Shown: one piece after another, positions 57,385-64,000 of the stretch
Layout of the letters: each line of letters begins with the position of its first letter
Position numbering within the stretch: position 1 is the stretch's first letter
Assembly (NCBI GenBank): GCA_050015475.1
Contig: JBEKBI010000004.1
Location: 34,198-98,197, forward strand
Source: Acidimicrobiales bacterium
GTDB lineage: Bacteria > Actinomycetota > Acidimicrobiia > Acidimicrobiales > Bog-793
Direction of reading: 5' to 3'
DNA: 64,000 nucleotides
Notes under the pieces: model-generated
The model's input: the letters and a program-made list of their open reading frames with translations, nothing else
The model's database searches: none
Told to the model about the DNA's origin: nothing
Translations under genes and position numbers: made by a program

Positions 57385-58331
57385 GCTGCCTTACCCATCT
57401 GGGCTTCAAGCTCTGTCAATTGCTTGAGGCGGCGCTCGAGCGTGGGGTGGGTGGAGAACAACGTCGAGAGGCTGACGCCCTTCGCGAAGGCGGGGGCGAA
57501 GAAGAAGGCGTTGAAATGCTCCGCCGCCCGGAGGTCACGCGTGGGGATCCGTGCCATCTCACCGCTCACCTTCACGAGCGCCTGCGCGAGCAGTCGTGGC
57601 TGGCCGATCAGGATCGCCCCGGACCGATCCGCGGCGAGCTCCCGATAGCGGGAAAGCGTCCGGATCAGAAGGAAGCTGATCGCGTAGACGAGAGCCGAGA
57701 CCAGGAGCATGCCGAGCTCGAGGATGGCCAGTTGGCCACCGCCACCGCCACCGCCGCGACCGCCTCCCCGTCCGCCACCGCCTGCGCCGAATCCACCGAA
57801 CAGCCCGGCGTAGGCGAGCACACGGGTAAGAAGTCCGGCCAGTATGCCGAGGAAGCTGGCAATGGTCATGACGGCGACATCGCGGTGGGCGACGTGCGAC
57901 AGCTCATGCGCCAGCACCGCCTCCAGCTCAGGCTCGTCCAGGCGGCGCAAGATGCCGCTCGTGACGCACACGACGGCGTGCTTTTGGTCACGGCCAGTGG
58001 CGAACGCGTTCGGCATGTCGACGTTGGCGATGGCCACTTGTGGCTTGGGCATGTCGGCCATGGCGCAGAGCCTGTCGACCACGCCGTGGAGCTCCGGTGC
58101 CTGCTCGCGCGTCACTATCTTCCCACCCATCGAATACAGCGCTATACGGTCCGAGTAGAAGTACTGCACGAACAACAGGACGATCGCGATGACGAGGATG
58201 AAGACGAGCTTGACGCCGACGATGAAGAGCACCGTGACGAAGGCGGCGTAAAGAAGCCCCAAGAGGAAGACCGTTGTCATCATGCGGGCCGTGAGTCCAC
58301 GGTCCGCGGGAAAGCGGGTGCGCGTCGACAA
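57381..58331 (-). CDS. htpX: Zinc metalloprotease HtpX (M48 family)
   Basis: HELSHVAHRD zinc motif, N-terminal TM pair, NAFATG, REYEAD-like RYRELAADR, and an internal Gly/Arg tract GAGGGGRGGGRGGGGGGG. Confidence 0.9.
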   Translation of the reverse strand: MSTRTRFPADRGLTARMMTTVFLLGLLYAAFVTVLFIVGVKLVFILVIAIVLLFVQYFYSDRIALYSMGGKIVTREQAPELHGVVDRLCAMADMPKPQVAIANVDMPNAFATGRDQKHAVVCVTSGILRRLDEPELEAVLAHELSHVAHRDVAVMTIASFLGILAGLLTRVLAYAGLFGGFGAGGGGRGGGRGGGGGGGQLAILELGMLLVSALVYAISFLLIRTLSRYRELAADRSGAILIGQPRLLAQALVKVSGEMARIPTRDLRAAEHFNAFFFAPAFAKGVSLSTLFSTHPTLERRLKQLTELEAQMGKAA

Positions 58332-58336
58332 CTGGC

Positions 58337-58615
58337 TCAGGACTCCGTCACATCTTCTGACGCGAGGAGCTCGCGCAGCTCGTCCAGGGACGCGCTCTCA
58401 TGAGGGAGTGTCAGGTCCGACGGTACGAAGCGGTCCGTAGCGACCGGCGTTCCCTTGAACCTCACCTCTTGAACGAGGCGCGCGAGCACGTCACGGAAGA
58501 CCGGCTCATCTCCGGAATCAAGGGCCGCGACCAGTCGCTTGTCGAGCTCCTCGAGTGTCGCAATCTGACTGTCTTGTAGCTCGAACTGCCCTTCTCCAAG
58601 GATGCGAACGATCAT
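58337..58615 (-). CDS. PspA-associated protein PspAA-like
   Basis: MIVRILGEGQFELQDSQIATLEELDKRLVAALDSGDE..F.DVLARLV. This is a small acidic protein whose ATG overlaps the pspA stop (ATGA). It matches my recollection of the PspAA family. Confidence 0.6.
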   Translation of the reverse strand: MIVRILGEGQFELQDSQIATLEELDKRLVAALDSGDEPVFRDVLARLVQEVRFKGTPVATDRFVPSDLTLPHESASLDELRELLASEDVTES

Positions 58616-59475
58616 GACGCGCTCCCGGGCTCGTCAAGCGAGAATGGGTCAGCCGGGGCGGTTGGCGCTGATTTGGCTGGCGCCGCGCCCGCCACAACCT
58701 CGCCTTCAGCTGGTTCCTCGGTCGCACCTGCGGCACCGGCGTTGCCGGCGCCGAGCTCACCACTCGGCGTGGCCGCCTGCTGGCCGAGCTCGCTCTTGAG
58801 CGCAGCTAGCTGGAGCTCGACCTGCCCGGAGGACGCTCCCTTGTCGAGTTCTGCTTGAAGAGGATCGGACGACCCCGACAGGTCTGTGAGAGTCCCCGAC
58901 GCGAGCAGCTCGTCGACCGCGCCCGCCCGGGCCTGCATTTGGGCGATCTTGTCCTGAGCCCTCTGCATGGCGAGGCCTGTGTCGCTCATCGACTCAGATA
59001 TGCCCGAGACTGCCTCGCCGATGCGTGTCTGCGCCTGGGCGGCGGTGTAGGAGGCCTTCAAGGTCTCCTTCTGCGTACGGAAGGCCTCGACGCGCGCCTG
59101 GAGCTGTTGCGTAGTCGCCTCGAGTCGCTCCTGCTGCTGGGCCAGCTGATCGTGCTGAGTCTTCAGTCCCTCGAGCTGCGTCGCTATCCCGGATCGCCGA
59201 GTCAAAGCCTCGGTGGCCAAGTCCTCGCGGTTTTGCGCGAGCGCCTGGCGCGCCTGGTCCTGCAATTTGGCCGCGGCCTGCTGTAGCTGCTGTGCCTGCA
59301 GTTCTATGCGCTTCTTGGCGGTAGCGACGTCGGCGAGTCCCCGCTTGACCTGTTGAAGCTGCTCGATCTGCTTCTCATAGGAAAGATCGAGCGTTTCGCG
59401 GGGGTCCTCCGCCTTGTCGAGGACTTTGTTCGCCTTTGCCTGGACGATGTTCGTCAGGCGCTTCATCACACCCAT
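58612..59475 (-). CDS. pspA: PspA/IM30 family protein
   Basis: From ATG 59475 (RBS AAGGGAG 5 nt upstream): MGVMKRLTNIVQAKANKVLDKAEDPRETLDLSYEKQIEQLQQVKRGLADVATAKKRIE... A long coiled coil is followed by an Ala/Gly/Pro-rich tail. Confidence 0.85.
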   Translation of the reverse strand: MGVMKRLTNIVQAKANKVLDKAEDPRETLDLSYEKQIEQLQQVKRGLADVATAKKRIELQAQQLQQAAAKLQDQARQALAQNREDLATEALTRRSGIATQLEGLKTQHDQLAQQQERLEATTQQLQARVEAFRTQKETLKASYTAAQAQTRIGEAVSGISESMSDTGLAMQRAQDKIAQMQARAGAVDELLASGTLTDLSGSSDPLQAELDKGASSGQVELQLAALKSELGQQAATPSGELGAGNAGAAGATEEPAEGEVVAGAAPAKSAPTAPADPFSLDEPGSAS

Positions 59476-59554
59476 TTGAGCTCCCTTGCCGTCTCGTACC
59501 CAGCATAGGCGGGCGAGCGCCGCGAGGATCACCGCGCCGATAGGGTGACGGGGC

Positions 59555-60409
59555 ATGGAAGACAGGCTCTGCATACTGGCCCTTCACGCCCATCCCGACG
59601 ACGAGGCGTCCAAGGGAGCGGGGACCATCGCCAGGTATCGCGCCGCGGGCGTACACACGGTCTTGGTCACCTGCACCGGCGGTGAGGAGGGCGACATCCT
59701 CAATCCCGTGATGGACACCGCCGAAGTGCGTGCCGATATAGCCGCAGTACGCCGCCGCGAGCTGGATCAGGCAGCGGGCATCATTGGCTACTCAGAGGTC
59801 GTGCTGCTCGGATATCGCGACTCGGGCATGCCCGGCTCTGAGGCGAACTCAGATCCGCGTGCGTTCGCAGCCCGCCCCCTCGCCGAGACAGTGGAGCGTC
59901 TCGTAGCCGAGATCCGCCGCGTGAGGCCACAGGTGGTCATCACCTACAGCGATGGTCGTGAGCACTACCCCCATCCCGACCACATACGCGTGCATGACAT
60001 CTCGGTGGAGGCCTTCGACGCCGCAGGCGACGCGGGAGCCTTCCCGGGTGCAGGAGAGCCGTATCAACCCTTGAAGATGTACTACTCGGTATGGTCGCAT
60101 CGTCGGATCGTGGCCACCCACAAGAAGTACCTCGAGCTCGGACTCGAGTCCCCGTTCGACGAGGACTGGCTTGAGCGCCCGGCGGAAGACGACAAGATCA
60201 CGACCTCAATCGACTTGGCTGGCTTCGAGGACGTCAGTCGGCTGGCGCTGCTCGCGCACGCGACGCAGGTTGATCCGAAGTCGAAGTACTGGTTCGGACT
60301 GCCCCCCGAGATAATGCGGACAATCCACCCCTACGACGACTACATACTGGCGCGCAGTCTGGTCGACACCGAAGTTCCTGAAGAAGATCTGTTCGCCGGG
60401 GTCGACTGA
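59555..60409 (+). CDS. mca: Mycothiol S-conjugate amidase (Mca) / MshB-family PIG-L deacetylase
   Basis: LALHAHPDDEASKGAGT, VTCTGGEEGDILNP, YPHPDHIRVH, AHATQVDP and EEDLFAGV are collinear with mycobacterial Mca as I recall it. Confidence 0.8.
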   Translation: MEDRLCILALHAHPDDEASKGAGTIARYRAAGVHTVLVTCTGGEEGDILNPVMDTAEVRADIAAVRRRELDQAAGIIGYSEVVLLGYRDSGMPGSEANSDPRAFAARPLAETVERLVAEIRRVRPQVVITYSDGREHYPHPDHIRVHDISVEAFDAAGDAGAFPGAGEPYQPLKMYYSVWSHRRIVATHKKYLELGLESPFDEDWLERPAEDDKITTSIDLAGFEDVSRLALLAHATQVDPKSKYWFGLPPEIMRTIHPYDDYILARSLVDTEVPEEDLFAGVD

Positions 60410-60494
60410 CCTCCGAGTGGATAAGATCCGCCCGCGGCGAGGATGAACAAGCGGCACCGGGGGAGACACCACCGGCACACTGAGGAGGCAAGAC

Positions 60495-60881
60495 ATGGCC
60501 AAGTGGCTGACCCAGGAGTGGCTCGACGAGGGCAGGAAGCTGGCTGCGGGCCAGCCGGAACGCCCGGGCGCGTCCGCCAAGCTGCAGTACGTCATTACTG
60601 ACGGCCCAGCTGGCGACATCCGCTACTACTGGGTGCTCGAGAACGGGAAGCTCCTCGAATCGAAGCTTGGTGACCTTCCCGACGCCGAAGTGACGTTGAC
60701 GGAGACCTACGAGGACGCCATGCGCATCCAGAAGGGGGAGCTCGACGCCAACGCCGCCTTCATGCAAGGGCGCGTGAAAATCGCGGGAAACATGGCCAAG
60801 CTCATGGCGATGCTGCCGATCACGAGTTCGGCGGAGTACAAGCAGCTCGAAGTCGACACCCTCGCTATCACCGAATTCTGA
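60495..60881 (+). CDS. SCP2 sterol-binding domain protein
   Basis: ..TYEDAMRIQKGELDANAAFMQGRVKIAGNMAKLMAM.. is the typical SCP2 C-terminal motif. Confidence 0.75.
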   Translation: MAKWLTQEWLDEGRKLAAGQPERPGASAKLQYVITDGPAGDIRYYWVLENGKLLESKLGDLPDAEVTLTETYEDAMRIQKGELDANAAFMQGRVKIAGNMAKLMAMLPITSSAEYKQLEVDTLAITEF

Positions 60882-60941
60882 CCGGCTGCGACAATCGCCG
60901 CCGCGGGCCAGTCGCGGCCCGCAACGAATAGTCGAGACCCG

Positions 60942-61793
60942 TCAGCAAGCGCGCATGAGCGCCCGGAGGGCGCGGTAGCCGACGAGGGTCACGTGGGCGG
61001 TACGCGCCGCTTCGGTCAGCGCGGCCGGATCGCTGAGCAAGCCGTGGTCAGCAGTGCGCGCTTTCCAGTCGGGGGCGGCCGCGCGCAGTTCAGGTGTGTC
61101 GAGCGCGGGGCGCAGTCGGAGTTCGGTTACTCCGGGCTCGAGACCGGAGAGCACCTGGATGGCTTTTGACTTCGCAGTCGACCCGTCACCACCGGCCGCG
61201 CTGCCGGCCAAAAGCACGTGGTCCGGTGAAACCACACCCCTATCGGCAGCGAGAGCGCGGAACGGGAAGCCGGCCAGGAGCTCGGCGGACGCGTCGGGGA
61301 GTCGAAGGGGTAAGGAGAACTCCTCGGCCAGGTCCAGGAAGGCGTCGAAGAACTCAGGCTTGAGCTGGATGGCGTCAAGATGCGCGTCGAGATGGCTCAC
61401 GTCAAAGCCCCAGTAGATTGCCCTCTCAAGCTGGGCTCGGCACTCTCGACGCACTTCGTCGAGGTCCGCGTGGTCCCACAGGTCGACGGCCGTTCGAGGG
61501 AAGCCGCCGTCTCCGTCGAGCAGGGACGGGGCCTGGGTGATTGGCCCCCATCGGTACAGGTCGTGCTCGGCATTGAGAGTGAGACCGACGCCGATGTCCT
61601 CGCCTCGGTACTGAGCCGCGGCATCGCGCGCCCAGGGCGCAGGCACGAGCAAGGTCGCTGTCGTGGCCGCCCCGCTGCGTAGCGCCTGGTAGATCGCGGC
61701 GTTCCCGGCCTGGAATACTCCGAGCTCGGCGCAGCTCAGCACGAGCACGCGGTCTTCGGGGTTGCCCCCGAGTCGCTCAACGAGTGTCTTCAC
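60942..61793 (-). CDS. ChbG/HpnK (YdjC-like) family carbohydrate deacetylase
   Basis: ..VLSCAELGVFQAGNAAI.., GVGLTLNAEH, VSHLDAHLD (metal-binding H-x-D-x-H region), about 280 aa. Confidence 0.7.
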   Translation of the reverse strand: MKTLVERLGGNPEDRVLVLSCAELGVFQAGNAAIYQALRSGAATTATLLVPAPWARDAAAQYRGEDIGVGLTLNAEHDLYRWGPITQAPSLLDGDGGFPRTAVDLWDHADLDEVRRECRAQLERAIYWGFDVSHLDAHLDAIQLKPEFFDAFLDLAEEFSLPLRLPDASAELLAGFPFRALAADRGVVSPDHVLLAGSAAGGDGSTAKSKAIQVLSGLEPGVTELRLRPALDTPELRAAAPDWKARTADHGLLSDPAALTEAARTAHVTLVGYRALRALMRAC

Positions 61794-61913
61794 GAGACCG
61801 ACGGTAGTCGGACTGCGTGAGGCGAGCGACCATAGATCGCGCTCGACGGCCGCACGTCGCCAAACACGGTTGGCCGCCTATGCGCCCGAATCGGAAAGTG
61901 GCACACTGGCGTC

Positions 61914-62804
61914 ATGGTGATATCAGGAATTTTGGCCTCGGGTGACGTTGTCGGCGGGATCATTGGAGGCGTAGTGGTGCTCGCGGTCGTCGCGACGATC
62001 GTGCTCCGGTCCCTCTTGACGGTCGTGACCGAATACCAAAGGGCAGTGTTCTTCCGTTTCGGGCGCATCAAGGACGCTGCCAAAGGACCGGGGCTGATCT
62101 TCCGGATCCCGGGAGTTGACCGCGTCGTCAAGGTGAACCTCCGGGTTGAGGTGGTTGACATCCCGCCTCAATCCGCCATCACGGCCGACAACGTCACTTT
62201 GCAGGTGGACGCCGTCGTTTATTTCCGGGTGCTTGACCCAGTGAAAGCGGTCGTCGGTGTGGACAATTTCCGGCTCGCGAGTCAGCGGATCGCCATGACC
62301 AGCCTGCGCTCGATCATCGGGCGCCACGAGCTCGACAATCTCCTTGCACACCGGGACGACATCAACAACGAGTTGAAGGCACAGATCGCACTGTCGACGC
62401 AGGGCTTCGGCGTCGAAGTGCATGAAGTCCAGATCCGCGACATCACTCTTCCCGCCGAACTGATGAGGGCGATGGCTCGTCAGGCCGAGGCGGAACGGGA
62501 ACGCCGAGCCAAGGTGATCGCCGCAACTGGTGAGTTGGAAGCGTCGCGGGAACTCTCCGAGGCTGCGGCAATGTTGGCTTCGGAGCCCGGATCGATGCAG
62601 TTGCGAGCGTTGCAGACCCTCGCGGAGGTCGCTACGGAGCACAACTCCACTCTGATCTTCCCGATACCGATCGAGCTGCTCGAATATTTCAGGCGCCCAG
62701 CCTCGGCTGATGACGTCGTGCCGTTCGCCGTGCCGCCCTCTGGCTCCACCGCGATAGGCACCAAGACTTCGGAAACGGACTCCCCGGCGGAGCCCAACTC
62801 CTGA
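61914..62804 (+). CDS. SPFH/band 7 (stomatin/slipin-like) membrane protein
   Basis: An N-terminal TM, then VTEYQRAVFFRFGRI..GPGLIFRIPGVDRV..TADNVTLQVDAVVYFRV..AMTSLRSIIG..EVQIRDITLP..AEAERERRAKVI. Confidence 0.9.
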   Translation: MVISGILASGDVVGGIIGGVVVLAVVATIVLRSLLTVVTEYQRAVFFRFGRIKDAAKGPGLIFRIPGVDRVVKVNLRVEVVDIPPQSAITADNVTLQVDAVVYFRVLDPVKAVVGVDNFRLASQRIAMTSLRSIIGRHELDNLLAHRDDINNELKAQIALSTQGFGVEVHEVQIRDITLPAELMRAMARQAEAERERRAKVIAATGELEASRELSEAAAMLASEPGSMQLRALQTLAEVATEHNSTLIFPIPIELLEYFRRPASADDVVPFAVPPSGSTAIGTKTSETDSPAEPNS

Positions 62805-62851
62805 TCTGAGCGCGCGTCGAGCAGTTCGCGATTAGTCCGCTCGACTCCTGC

Positions 62852-63424
62852 TCAGCCGCGGTCTCGGTCAAGAGGGACGATGCGTCTCCCTATTCGGCCG
62901 AGAACCAGCCCGATCACTATCCCGCCAATTACGTCGGATGCGTGGTGGATCTTCGTGTGCACGCGGCTGAGGGCCACCACGATCGCCAGCGCGTAGTAGA
63001 GGGGCGCCCGTCGCTCCTTTTCGGAAAGCAATGTCGCGGCACAAAACGCAGCCGTGGCGTGTCCACTCGGGAAGCTCGACGTCAGAGGCTGACGGAACGG
63101 CAGCGGGTGAGTCGCCATCGGTCTTGGTCGCCTCCGCTTGAACAAGGACTTGAGGCCGATGTTGACGACAACCGACTCGACGCCGGTGGCGATGATGGCG
63201 CGGAGACCGGACTTCGTGTCCCCGGGGCGGCCGCGCAGGATTCTCACCAAGCCGAGTGCGAACCAGACGAGCCCGAAGTCGCCGAGTGCCGAGGCGGTGT
63301 AGAAGACACGGTCGGCAGCCCTGTTCCCTCGCAGGCGAGCGAACAAACCGTCGACCATTGTGTCGAGGGCCTTTGTCCGTGGATGTCGGACGGGCGCGTC
63401 GAAGTCGGCGAGTGGGCTCATCAC
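62852..63424 (-). CDS. PAP2 family phosphatase (phosphatidic acid/undecaprenyl-PP phosphatase-like)
   Basis: The three PAP2 motifs are present: KSLFKRRRPRP, SFPSGHA, SRVHTKIHHASDV. Confidence 0.8.
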   Translation of the reverse strand: MMSPLADFDAPVRHPRTKALDTMVDGLFARLRGNRAADRVFYTASALGDFGLVWFALGLVRILRGRPGDTKSGLRAIIATGVESVVVNIGLKSLFKRRRPRPMATHPLPFRQPLTSSFPSGHATAAFCAATLLSEKERRAPLYYALAIVVALSRVHTKIHHASDVIGGIVIGLVLGRIGRRIVPLDRDRG

Positions 63425-64000
63425 TGAAGGGGGCTTGTTGGGCCGGTGCCGCCTTCGCCTAACCCCGGAGTTGCCGTTGACTGTTCCGGGGCAGCGACGA
63501 TGGGGGAGCCCAGGGTCGCTGCGGCGAGGGCGGGGTCACCTCCGAATGACGGACAGTAGGGCTTGAACGAGCAGTAGTCGCAGAGCTTCGACGGGTTGGG
63601 CTGGAAGGCGTCCAGGCGACATGCCCGTTCGATCGCGGCCCACACGCCGAGGGCACGTTGTCGAGTACCGCGCATCGCTTGGTCTGTTGGCACAGCGGAG
63701 ATCACCACCCTGTCCCGGAGATACATGAGGCGGACGACTGCAGGTCTTCTGCTCAGTTCTGCCTCGCACATGAGGGCGTACATCTGGACCCCTCCGAGCC
63801 GGGAACCAGACTGCTCGGAGCGGGGTGCCCTGCCCGTCTTGTAGTCGACGACGGCCAGGGTGCCATCGTCCTGCTCATCGAGGCGGTCGATGATGCCCCG
63901 GACGATCACGCCCTCGAGGTTCGTACTCATGTGCTGCTCGAGCCCGACTACATGGACACTGTTCGGATCCTCGAGATCGAAGTAGTGCTCGACAAGGGTG
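63421..64000 (-). CDS. PD-(D/E)XK (RecB/AddB/Cas4-like) nuclease domain protein, C-terminal part (N-terminus beyond window end)
   Basis: ..GIIDRLDEQDDGTLAVVDYKTGR.. (D..D/E-x-K nuclease core), QMYALM, and the C-terminal Cys cluster CDYCSFKPYCP. The in-frame translation continues upstream of the listed ATG (..HLVEHYFDLEDPNSVHVVGLEQH-MSTN..) to the window edge. Confidence 0.7.
   Translation of the reverse strand, partial: TLVEHYFDLEDPNSVHVVGLEQHMSTNLEGVIVRGIIDRLDEQDDGTLAVVDYKTGRAPRSEQSGSRLGGVQMYALMCEAELSRRPAVVRLMYLRDRVVISAVPTDQAMRGTRQRALGVWAAIERACRLDAFQPNPSKLCDYCSFKPYCPSFGGDPALAAATLGSPIVAAPEQSTATPGLGEGGTGPTSPLQ

Noticed and set aside
57735-57800. (GGN)n/(CCN)n low-complexity nucleotide repeat.
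   Set aside because: It encodes the Gly/Arg-rich loop of HtpX (GAGGGGRGGGRGGGGGGG). As I recall, mycobacterial HtpX has similar Gly-rich loops. This is not an independent repeat element.

Overview
High-GC window (roughly two-thirds G+C by eye, not computed). It looks like a chromosomal segment of an Actinomycetota genome: it carries a mycothiol-conjugate amidase (Mca) homologue, a PAC2 protein, a pspA-pspAA-htpX-pspAB operon, and many 4-nt start/stop overlaps. I support about 50 protein genes and one tRNA. I saw no rRNA, no CRISPR array and no intact mobile element. Core content runs as follows. First comes a 2-oxoacid dehydrogenase and lipoate block: aceE (partial, missing from the ORF track because it runs off the window edge), rnhA, an aldo/keto reductase, then lpd-E2 and a fused lipB-lipA, with the last three coupled. 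Next are leuS and tRNA-Ala(GGC), an APC permease, a NatAB-like ABC pair, a fused formimidoyltransferase-cyclodeaminase, hpt, malic enzyme and putA. Then come miaB, secA, prfB, ftsEX, a sugar nucleotidyltransferase, a YfcH-like epimerase, fabZ-like, xthA, the Psp operon, mca, and SCP2, YdjC, SPFH, PAP2 and RecB-like nuclease genes. Three accessory patches stand out. (1) 26.5-30.5 kb holds a dedicated SipW-type signal peptidase operon with two TasA/camelysin-like exported proteins. One of them is the small protein's scaffold with two LamG domains inserted. I rank this as the best candidate for an undescribed fibre/adhesin system. (2) 51.9-56.7 kb holds three translationally coupled, unusually large type IV (pseudo)pilin-like genes with no pilus machinery in the window. 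(3) 13.1-18.3 kb, directly downstream of tRNA-Ala, is a decayed patch. It contains tRNA 3'-end fragments, a membrane-anchored GH76-like protein with a four-fold CxxGxxxC insert, a frameshifted membrane gene, an IS110 transposase remnant and about 700 bp of apparently dead sequence. All functional calls rest on motifs I recognise by eye in the translations; no searches were run.
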